DNA of 64,000 nt from Fonticula alba ATCC 38817 (lineage: Eukaryota > Protista > Nucleariida): assembly GCA_000388065.2 (NCBI GenBank), contig KB932203.1, one strand, 5' to 3'. Below, one piece after another: positions 54,172-64,000 of the stretch. The position numbers and the translations under genes were made by a program. The notes under the pieces were generated by a model, which made no database searches, had not been told where the DNA came from, and saw only the letters and a list, made by a program, of their open reading frames with translations. Positions within the stretch are counted from its first letter, which is position 1. The number at the start of each line of letters is the position of its first letter.

Positions 54172-55227
54172 AGGTGAGTGGTGAAGCTACCCGGAAGACC
54201 GTGGGAGGCGGCACGGCGGACCCATGTGAAGCTAGGCCACGGGTGAGCAGTCCCCCCCCCCCGGCATCCTTCTTCTGGGGAGAGGAACCAGCGCGATCTG
54301 CGGCGCCTGGAGCGAGCTGAGATCGCGCGGGCCAGCCGCGCGAGCGATCTACCCTTCTCGCTCGGCATCACTCTGGCGTGAGTCAATGCCCGCACCATCC
54401 CCCCTCAAGGAGTGAGAAAAGAGAGAGGCCCGGGGGCCGATTGGTCACCGTCGTGCTTCATGGAAGGGTGCTTCCCAGATCAGTCGTGGTGGGCATCACA
54501 TCACTGTCGCGCTCGATGGCCCTTCCGGGGGGGGGGGGGGGGACTGGCGGCCTGGTCGGTGCTGGGGTGTGGGTGTGATTGTGGCGGAATAACCGCGCGA
54601 GCAGCTGCCGACCGGGAGAGGGGGGGGGGGACACGGGCGGGTTGTTTTCGCTCCCACCCAAGTCACCCCCCGAACCCCCGCGGTGGGGGTGGGCGCGTGT
54701 GCGCGGGGCCCGGGCGGACGGGCCACCCCCCCCTGGCCCCTCTTTTTTTTGGGGCCGCCCGGTGAAACACCCCCCGGTGTCGGCGTGGGGGGGGAAAGGG
54801 GGGGGGCGCGGGGAGCCGCGGGGGGCCGCCCCCCCCCCCCCCCCCCCCCCCGGCCGGCAGGCGTGTGGTGTGTCGGTGTCCCCCCTCCCGACCCCCCCCC
54901 GCCGCGCAGCGGGGCGGGGGCAGGCCCCATGCAATGGAGCGCGCCTGACGTGACTCAGGGCAGAATACGGCGTGATCTCGCATGCGACAAACATCATTCG
55001 GAACGCCGTTTTGACGACGGATGCCACCCTGCCAACGCTTGCGTCCTTCCCCCGCACCTCCAGAGGAGGACATTCTCCCGCCCCACCGGGGGCGGGGGAG
55101 GGGCGGCAGCCGGCTGTTGTGCTGCTGTGTGTTGTGTTGCTGTGTGCTGTGCGCGCGCGGCTGGCTCCCCCCGTCCGCCGGAGTTTGCGTCGCTCGGCAC
55201 ACCTGCTCCCGGTCCCCTCCCCGCCCC

Positions 55228-55235
55228 TATAAAAG
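55228..55235 (+). promoter_or_regulatory. Canonical TATA box (TATAAAAG) with no annotated gene downstream
   Basis: Perfect TATAWAAR in a GC-rich context, followed by pyrimidine-rich, intron-like sequence on +. Confidence 0.45.
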
Positions 55236-55457
55236 GGCTGGTCGTGTTGGCGCCCCAGGTCTGTTGGGATTCGGTATGATCCCACTCCTGGCCGGTTGGC
55301 GGAGGGTGGGTTTCTCTCCCCCCCCCCTCGCTCGCTTGCTTGCCGAACTTGTTTGCCTTTTCTCCCCTCTGCCCCTCTGTCCCCCTGCCGTGCGTTCCCC
55401 CGTCTCTCTCTCTCTCTCTCCCCCCCTCTCCCCGCCCTCCTCCTCCCTGTGTCAGTC

Positions 55458-55790
55458 ATGATATTAAACCAGACGGGCGGACAGATTATGCATGAATATG
55501 ACGTACATGCAGTTATGAAGATTGTCTTTCCCACGAATATGAACGCACACACACACACACCGCACCTCCTCCTCCCCCCCATCCGCGCACCCCCTCCTCC
55601 TCGCTCTCTGCTGACTCCTCTTCTCTTCATTCTCCTCATGTAGATGCGCGCCGGACCAGGCGAAGCCTCTCTCTGGCTTTCCATGCTCCTCAGCGCTGGC
55701 CGTGACGCTCGGTCTCTCCCGCCCGCGCCTGTCCCGACCTCGGGCGAGCGGGGGCGATATAGTCGAGCGGGCCCTCCCTTTTCCCATTAG
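55458..55790 (+). CDS. Candidate 63-aa spliced micro-ORF downstream of the TATA box
   Basis: Exons 55458-55502 and 55644-55790 are joined by a GTACAT...CTGAC...TAG intron (141 nt). No homology recognised. Confidence 0.25.
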
Positions 55791-56446
55791 TAACATTGAA
55801 TGCTTGGTCACTTTCGGTCTTGGTCAGGGGGAGAGAGGGGAGGGGAGAGGGAGAGGGCTCAGAGTGTATCCCCCACCCACATCGCAGGCATATCCCCAAC
55901 AGGAGGGGGGGGCGGGACGGGAGGAGTGCGTGTGGGGTATTCTACGGCGCGTGCCGCTGACCCCCCGTCTGCACCCATCCCGTGGTCGTCGCGCCCTGTT
56001 CTGCCGCCGCTGCTGAAAGGGAAGACCCACGTCCTGTGGCCGGGAGGGGGGGACACGGGTGCACGCAATCTCAAGGGGGCATTGTGTATCGTGTGTATTC
56101 TCTTCCTTTCCCTCTCCTCCTTCTCCAGACAGGGGAGACAGCATTTCGCCATGAGTGCCCAGCCACGGGCATAAGGTGCGAGGTGCAGGCACCCGGCGAG
56201 CAGGGGGGGAGTTGGAAGGCAAAGTGCGCTCGCAGGGTGGCATGCACAAAAGGAGGGGGGTAATACCACAGGAAAGGGGCGATACAGGCCGCCGGAGGGA
56301 AAAGAAGAGCAAGGCAGGGGGGGGGGGGGGCATATGCGCCAGAGAGAGGGATGGTCCGGAGAAAAGAGAGAAAGAAGGGGGGGGGGACATGCGACTAGAT
56401 CACTTCCTCCCTCCCCCCTTTCCCCACCGCCGGCATGCTCGTTCTC

Positions 56447-58512
56447 TTACAGAGAGCGCACGCGCTCGCGCATGGAGATGCCCTCCTTGGCGAGCTCCTC
56501 CAGGATGGGGTTGTACACCTCGCGGGCAATCGGGATGGCGACACCCGGGGCACCGGCGTAGGTGCCGGTGGCCATCTGCCGAGCGGCAATGGCCACTGGC
56601 AGGCCAACGGTGGTGGCCATGGCGGTCGGGCCGTTGGGCTGGCCATAAGCCACCATGGTGGCGGTGGCCTTCATGGGCTGGTTGTCACGATCGTTGTACA
56701 GCAGATCGTGGTGCATGACAACCAGGTCGCGCTCGCCCGGCGCGTAGGCCAGGGACTTCTCGAACGCGGCGCAGGTGGCATCAAGGACGGTGCCGCGCTG
56801 GGCAACGGTGCCAGGGCCGGAAATACCAAGCCTAGTACACATGGGGGAGCGAGCGGGGGGGTGATTAGGGAAGGAGCGGAGCAAGAAGGGGGCAGCACAC
56901 GGTCAGCACAGGCATGGTGGGAGGCGCGTCGAGACGGGGAGGGAGACAGAGGCGGAGAGAGGGGGCGCGGGCAGCAGGACCGAGGGGAGCAAAGAAATGG
57001 GCCCCGAGTGGGGATATAATAGGCCGAGCAGGCACGGGCGAAAAAAAGAAGGGAAGGGAGGAGGGGGGAAAGGAAAGGCACGCACTCCTTCATGGCCTCC
57101 AGCACGCGACGAGTCAGCTCGCCAGCCTCGGCACCGGCGGCCAGGCGGTTGATCTCAGCCTCGCCACCCAGGCGGGCCACGAGGTCGTCCCAGGAGATGG
57201 GCGAGGCGCCGGGGGCCAGGAAGTCGGCCTCGGCCGGGTTGAAGAGACCCAGGTCATTGAGAACGCGCATGACAGCCGAGAACCCGGTGAAGCGCAGGGT
57301 TCCACGGAAGACAGTCTCCACCTCCGGGCCGTTGAGGCCGTACACGTCGCGGTAGGCCAGCGAGTCGCGGTTGGGCAGGCACTCCAGGGCAAAGCCCGGC
57401 AGGATGTGCGAGCAAGACCGGACATTGGCGAACAGCTGACCCGAGGGGATCTCGCGGATGGCGCCGTTCTCCAGCCAGCGGGCCGGGTTAAGACCGGCGG
57501 TCAGGAAGCCGCGCGGGCTCCAGGAAAGCTTGTAGCCCAGGGCATTGCCACTGTCCTCCGGGGCCGGGAGACCCCCGCAGAGGGAGCTGAAGCCACGCAC
57601 AACGCCGCCAGCATCGCGGACATTGTCGATCATCTGCATGGCGGTCATGTGGTCGATGCCCGGGTCGAGGCCAAGCTCATTGAGGAAGACCAGCCCGCGG
57701 GACTCGGCCGCCGAGTGGAGCTCCCGCATGGCCGGGGACACGTAGGACGCGGTGACCAGGTGGCGGTTGGTGTCGAGGCAGGCCCCGGCCACGGTCGGGT
57801 GCTGGGTAGCCGGCAGCAGAGACACCACGATGTCGCTGTCGGCCACGGCACGGCGCAGGGCATCGGGGTTGGTGGCGTTCAGCTCCACCGGCCGGACCCC
57901 GGGGAAGGGGGCCGCAGCGCGGGAGGCCTCGGCCCCATCGACACCGGCCACCGTGATGGCGATCGACTTGTCGCGAGACAGGTACTCGATGGCCGGGCCG
58001 GAGACCATGCCGGACCCGAGGATGAGCACGCGCTTGGGCTGGGAGGTGGCGCCGGAGGTGGCGGTCCCAGAGCCGACGGCCGCGCCGCCGCCGTACTTCT
58101 CGATGATCGGCATCAGGTGCTTGTGCGGGCCGACCAGGTCGCCGGACTCGGCGATGATGGCCTTGCGGAGGGGGTCCGACAGGGAGGCAGAGTCGGAGAG
58201 GTCCTTGGTGCCCTGTTTTTTTTTGTTCGGATGTACACGAGAGATGTGGGCAAGGAGAGGGGGGAGGGACGATCGTGTAGAGAGGGAGGGTCAGTATGCG
58301 CGGTGTTTTTTTTTTTTCCCCTCCCTCTGAGCCCTCTGTGCTGCCCTGGCTTTTTCTTTTACGCGAGAGCACGGCGGCATGACATGACTGGGGGCCATCG
58401 CCGCCCGCTCCCCCCTCCTTGCTGCCGGTTCGCTGGGAGGGGGAAAAAAAGAAGCGAAGCCACTGTCGTCCAGCACGGAATTCGTTGGCAGCTGCCATGT
58501 CGGGGTGGTGGC

Positions 58513-58543
<31 letters not shown>

Positions 58544-60538
58544 GCCACCGGCGGCGAAGGGAGACCCCAGAGACGCACCAGCTCGCGGACGAAGTCATAG
58601 AGGGCCTCGCTGAAGTGGTCCGAGGCCTCGGTCGGCAGCTCGGTCGGCAGGTTGTCGATGGACTGGATGAGGACGCGGTTGCGCGGGCCGTCCAGGGAGA
58701 ACTCGATGTTGCCGGTGGCCGGATCCACCAGGTAGAAGGGGTCATCGATGGTGGAGACGTGGTTCATGAACTCCAGGGAGCCGGCCACATCGCAGCTGAT
58801 GTCCGACACACCGAGCAGGCGGGTGCCAGTCGGCTCGCCCTTCTCGTCGACCTGGGCATACAGGGCGTTGGTCTGCTCGTTGGTCAGCAGCCGGGGGAAC
58901 TTGTCATCCCAGTAGATGCAGTTGATGATGGCCGTGGCATGGGGGGCGAACTGGTCGGTGTATGGAGGGGGGCGCGAAGGGTTAGGAGATGCCGGACGTC
59001 GAGGCACAGCCGGCATGGAGATGGGCGGGTATGCAGGGCGGAGAGAGGGCGAAGGGAGGGGGGGGGGGGTCGGGGATCGGGGGCGGGGGCCGAGTGACGC
59101 TCCGCCCCCGCCTGAGGACATGGGCGCACCTTCGTGTGGAAGTGGCTGACATAGTTGTGGGGGTTGGTCTTGTAGTCGACCGGATCGAAGAAGCCCGGGC
59201 GGTCCTTGTGCTCGGCATAGTCCTTGGCCTTGATCTTGACACCGTACAGGACGTTGGGGTCGAAGTCCGGGGCATTCTGGAAGGTGGCCACCTCATCGGG
59301 GGCGATCCACTTGTGGGGGAGCTTCTCGAAGACATCGATGGCGCCCTGGGCCACGTAGCCGTCACCGGTGAAGACAAAGAGGAAGGGCGAGAAGTGACGG
59401 GGAAGGCCGCCACGGGTGATCTGGGGCCCGACGACGTTGGTGAGCTGGTCACAGGCGGTCCGGTAGTCCGGGTAGCCATAGGTCATGCTGACGTTCTGTG
59501 TGTGTGTGTGGGTGTGGATGCAGGGGGGATTCGGTGAGCATGAGGGCGGCAGGCGGCATTCGACGATGCACATGTGTGCGTGCGCGCGCGCGCGCGCGAG
59601 AGAGAGGGAGAGGAGAGAGTGCAGCGGGGAAGAGGCTCGCACCAGGAAGGGCGAGCCATAGCCGAGAGCCAGCAGGCGCTTGCCGAAGCCATGCAGGAAA
59701 TCAATCATGCCACCGTAGCCGGCGAAGGTGCCGAAGCGGACGAGACGCTTGTTGTTCTCGTCGGTGAGGAGCTCATAGTCCATGAGGCGGATTTTCTGCA
59801 CACGAATGGGGGTCAGCAAGCAGGCGCGCGTGCGTATGCGCGCATGCACCGGGTGGGGATGGGCGGCATGAGGCGAACCTTGTCCAGGACGGCCTTCAGG
59901 CTGGGCATGTTGTGGCGCTGGCCCTTGTGGGTGTGGGAGAAGAACATGTAGCTCTTGTTGGGCAGGAGCTTCTCGACCGGGATCTCCTTGACGGCCAGGA
60001 TGACGTCGGCATTGTTCATGTCATTGACGATGGTGGCGCCGGCCTGCATCGTTTCCACGGTCGAAGGGGTGTGTGAGTATACGGGGAAAGGGAGGGCCAG
60101 CACCCGGGGCAAAGCAGATGGCCAGGGCGGTGTTCACGTACGGCGGCATACTCGTGGTCGTGGTAGACACGGTTGGTGGAGGACTCGACCTGGATCTCGA
60201 GACCATGGTCCTTGACCAGGGTCTTGACATCGCGCGGGGTCAGCGGCACACGGCGCTCCCACTTGTTCTTGTCCTCACGGCGCAGGCCGATGATGTTGCG
60301 GGCGGCGGCGGCCGACGAGAGGACCGAGGTGGTGGTGAAGTGGCGCAGGCCAACCTATCGGCACACACGGGGGGGAGGTCGGTGTGTGTGTGTGTGTGTA
60401 TGTGCGCGCGCGCACGTGTGGGGGGTCGGTTGGTCAGACGGGGCGCAGGCGGGAGGAGTCTCCCTGTCACCGAGCGAGGAGGACGCCACGCACCGACTGG
60501 CCGAAGAGGGAGCGGCTGAGGCGAGCGGCAGCAAACAT
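56447..60538 (-). CDS. AASS: Alpha-aminoadipic semialdehyde synthase (bifunctional lysine-ketoglutarate reductase/saccharopine dehydrogenase), mitochondrial, about 941 aa
   Basis: Exons 60538-60494, 60354-60142, 60043-59879, 59795-59643, 59495-59130, 58950-58579, 58212-57086 and 56831-56447 (2826 nt). LKR motifs: GLRREDKNKWERRVPL, FFSHTHKGQ, DYELLTD, DISCD, SIDNLPTELP. SDH motifs: VLILGSGMVS, LVTASYVSP, ELGLDPGIDHM, CGGLPAPE, YKLSWSP, RGTLRF, MATTVG. Confidence 0.96.
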
Positions 60539-62110
60539 GGTAGTCAAGGGGTGTCGACGGGGAGCCGAGAGCGGCGGCGGCGGCGGCGGCGGCGGTGGTC
60601 GAGGGCGGCTGTCTGCCTGACAAGAAAGGAGGATACCCAGCAAAAGCAGGGATTTGGAGGGGGGGGAGGGTAGATCAAGGCGGGGAGGGTGCCTGTCTGG
60701 TGCTTTACGGCTGCCCGAGGGGTGATTTTCGGCAGGATGGCCAGCCAAAAAGGCTGGACTCTGGCTGGGCGGGCCCGAGGAGAGGGAGACCTGCGGGCCG
60801 GGCCGCTCTCTCGCGTGCGAGCAGGCATGAGAGCAGGCACGTGCACGGGCGGGAGGGGAGGGGTGCGGGAGAAAGGCGCGTCCATGTCCTCGAGGACGCA
60901 CTCGGGCCAAAGACGCTCCCCTGCATGGGGGTGGGGGGCGGGGGGGGGGGGCCGCGCGCCTCGATTGTGCCTGCCCATGCTCGGTTCTTGCCGCTTGCCT
61001 GGTGTGCGGGTCGCCGCCCTGAGGCGGGGTGCCCCCGGGCGCGCGAGGGCCCCCTCGCCGGTCCCCGGTTGATGTCAGATGCGCAGCACGAGAGGAGCAC
61101 GGTCCGGGGGGTGCGGAGGGGGAGGGGGCTGGGGCCACACACACACACACGCACACGCACACGCACGCACACCGTGGCCCAGGCGAGGATGGCCCGGGGA
61201 GGGGTACACCGGCCCAAGTGATCCGCCCGCCCGCTCGCCCCCCAAATGACTGGGGGCCGTTCCGCGTGCCACCAGCGGGAGGGGGGAGGGGATGTGAGAC
61301 CCCAACGGCTCGGTCTCGTTGGTGTGTGCGCGTGTGTGCGCGTGTGTGCGTGTGCGTGTGAATGTGTGGGGCCGGCGGGGCGGAGACCCTGGAGTGGATG
61401 ACGACAAGGGCATGCGCGCGCGCCCAAGAAAGGGCCCATGCCGGCGGGGCGCAAACACGTCCAAAGGGTGGTCACCTGCGGGAGATATGGGGCGGCGGAG
61501 ATGGGCTCCCGACGCTTGGGGCCGTCGGTGCATACCCTTGCTAGAAGGCTCCTGCCTGGGTCTCTCCTTCTGGCGCGAGGGGGCGGCCGGCGGCCGGTGT
61601 GCCATGGCTGGCGGAGGCCCGGGGAGGCGCCCCCTGCTCTCGGGAGCTTCGCCGTCTGTCTATCTGCCTCTCTCTCGCCTCCCCCCGGCTGGCGGGGGCC
61701 GGGGATTTGGATGCCCAGCCTGCCGGCCGCACCTCCCCACGTGTAGGCCGGTGGCAAGTGCCCCGGACCGAGCATTGGGATCTTATCGGGGCCCTCGCGC
61801 CCGCCGCCCTATCCACCGTTGACTGCGCGCACCTGCCTCGGTCGGCATTTCGCCGGCCTCCTTATATTTCCCTGCCCGCAGATGGGGGCGGAGGCGCGAT
61901 GACCACAACCGCACGCGGACTGTTGCGGACGTCCTCCCGCCCCCCCCCCCCTGTTCGGTGTTCCCACCTCGGTGGGGCTGGCCGGGGGGAGGCGGCCGAC
62001 GAGGGTGTCTCTGACCCTGGCCCCGGCCGCGGAGGGAGTGGGGAGCCCGCAGCCCCAAAATGGGGGCCCGGCCTGCACTTGACTCAGGCCCTACGCACGC
62101 ATGTCCTGCA

Positions 62111-62164
62111 CCCCCCCCCCCCCCCCCCCCCCCCCCGCCCCCCCCCCCCCCCCCCCCCCCCCCC
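62111..62164 (+). repeat. C26-G-C27 tract
   Basis: Directly visible. Confidence 0.85.
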
Positions 62165-64000
62165 GTCGGCGACGACACGCCCCTATTTGGGCTGCCCGCT
62201 GGCAATACCCGGACGCACTTGCGAAGTGGCTCCCCGGAGGGAGGGGGTGGGGGCGGGGGGCAAAAGACAAAGACCGACGGTCGGGAGCCACCCAACCCCG
62301 TCTAGTCATTGCCGGGGGGTTTCTCGACTTTGGTGTCACGCCCGCGGTTCTTCTGCCTGACTTGTGGAAGATCACGCGGGACATAAACCTTAACCGGATG
62401 TTCGTGCGCGCGCGCGTGTGTGGCTGGTTTTCCATCTCGCCGCCGGTGGCCGGTTGCTGGCGAGCTAGTTTGGGCAAATGATGTGGGGTCGTGCCTCGCG
62501 GTGGCTGATGAGCACCAATGTGCGGCGGACCATGCCCCCCCTGGGAGGGCTCATTCGAGCAGCCTCCGAGCGAGGGGAGGCCCGGCAGGGGGAGGGGCGG
62601 GGGACGGTGTGCGTCGCGGCCCGCCGAAATAATGAGCCCCTGGGAAGAGGCATTTTCCCCCAGCTGGGGGGGCGGGCGAGGGTTGGGCCGAATCACCGGA
62701 CTGGCCTGGGAGGGGAACATCGGCCGGGCCTGGCGCTTCTTGGCCCCTTTTCCCCGGCGGTGGCCTCCTTGTGTTCCGGCGTTACGCCGGCGCGAGAGGG
62801 AGGGGCCCCTTGGCCTGCCTCGTCCTCCGCCCCCCGGGTCCTGGAGCCGGGCCTGGGCGGAGGTTAACACACCTGCGCTGTGGGGGGCGGTGCCCTTGGC
62901 GGAGGGGCCGGCTTCCTGCCCGGCGTGCTGGGTCTCGCCCTGCCTCTGCCTGTCCTCGGTGCGGGCGAGCCCCTCTGCGCAGCCGGGAGAGAGCGGCGCG
63001 CATGTGGCCTGCGAGAGAGAGACGCGCCCGGCGTCCGCGCGGTGGGCGCGCCGGCCCGGGTGTTGGCTCCCGGAGGAACCGGGATTCCGGCTGGCTGGCC
63101 GGCCGGCCGGCCGGCCGGGACGCTGTGTGGTGCCGGCGGTTCCGACGGCACGTCCGGCTCGGCATCGGGGCAGTTTGGTGTTTTGTTTGTTTGCCGCCCA
63201 AGCCAGCAGCTTTCCCATGCATGCTGAGCAGCATGGCCCATGTCTTGGCGGAACGCTGACGCCCTTGTCGTTTTTTATCCCCCCCCCCCCCCCCCCCAGG
63301 CCCCGGGGGCGAAGGGGAGGGGGAGGCGAGGGAATGTGAAGGCGCGAGGTGGGGTCGGCGGGATGCACGCGGACGGGCGGGCGCTCTCCTTCTCCCTCTG
63401 CCTCTCTCTCCCTCGGGGGGGCGGGAGGGGGGGGGGGGGCCGGGCTCCGGTCGCTTCACATGCGCGTGCCTGCCACGCACGGTGTGTGTTAAGACCGGCG
63501 GGGCCAGTGGGCCGGCGGGGGAGAAGGGCGGAAGTATGGATCCTCCAAAAGCCCCTCGGAGCACATCCCCGTTCCCCCTTGGCGTGGTTGGGCCTGGTGC
63601 GCCTGGTGCGCCGGGGGGGGGGGGCGGGGCGGGGCGGAGGTTGTAGGACGCCTCCCGGCGACCGGGTGGAATGCATCCGGCCCGGGAGCCCTCGCCCCCT
63701 CGGCTCCCCTCCCCCGGCCAGTGCTGTGACATCTGGCCCAGCCCAGCCTCGCCTTGGCCGGCCCCCCCCCCCCCCGCCCCCCTGCGGAGGGGGGTTGGGG
63801 CCGCGCGGGGCTCCGAGGGGCCCGTGGCCAAATTCCGGCCGCCCCGGCGGCAGCTGCCGACAGCGTACGCGCGCGCGCCCCCCCCCGGCCGGCGGCCGAA
63901 CGCACCGACATACCCGCGCGCCTGGGGGCCTGCCGCTCGCGCGGGGACCCCTGCGCGCGCTTGCATCCTCGAGGCGCATGGGGGGGGGGAGTTGCCGTGC

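Noticed and set aside
56914-59097. 727-aa + strand ORF
   Set aside because: Antisense shadow of AASS.
48315-60538. Lysine-catabolism gene cluster (ACAD plus AASS)
   Set aside because: The ACAD has VLCAD/ACAD9 signatures ([12 protein letters not shown] and the C-terminal extension), not glutaryl-CoA dehydrogenase, and an unrelated gene lies between them.

Overview
Eukaryotic, GC-rich, intron-containing draft-assembly window with seven N gaps, many long poly-G/C tracts and CA/GA/CG microsatellites. There is no prokaryotic operon, CRISPR array, rRNA, tRNA or intact transposon. The mix of a fungal-like B cyclin and Luc7 with an animal-like fused AASS suggests an opisthokont protist, possibly Fonticula-like (inference only). 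I reconstructed 12 protein-coding genes by hand-splicing: a PB1-like protein (partial, -), a dTDP/UDP-glucose 4,6-dehydratase (-), a TM-RING-H2 E3 ligase (+), PGAP3/Per1 (-), a giant tetraspanin-like protein (-), LUC7 (-), CCT6 (+), cyclin B (-), an orphan poly-Q/A/H protein (-), a VLCAD/ACAD9-type acyl-CoA dehydrogenase (+), a UPF0014/YbbM-type membrane protein (-) and AASS (-). Most long ORFs in the supplied track are antisense shadows or low-complexity artefacts. The most unusual observations are: (1) a strongly shifted 5' splice-site code, with +4 = C in 36 of 41 placed donors, T in 5 and never A; (2) a 159-bp, 98%-identical, hairpin-rich dispersed element in two inverted copies; (3) proteins with very large insertions in normally short loops (RING-H2, tetraspanin); (4) an unassigned globular domain in a transcription-factor-like protein; (5) an ACAD intron with no AG at the homology-required acceptor; and (6) candidate cryptic spliced transcripts and cell-cycle-type promoter motif clusters. 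All coordinates and counts were derived by eye, with no database searches.
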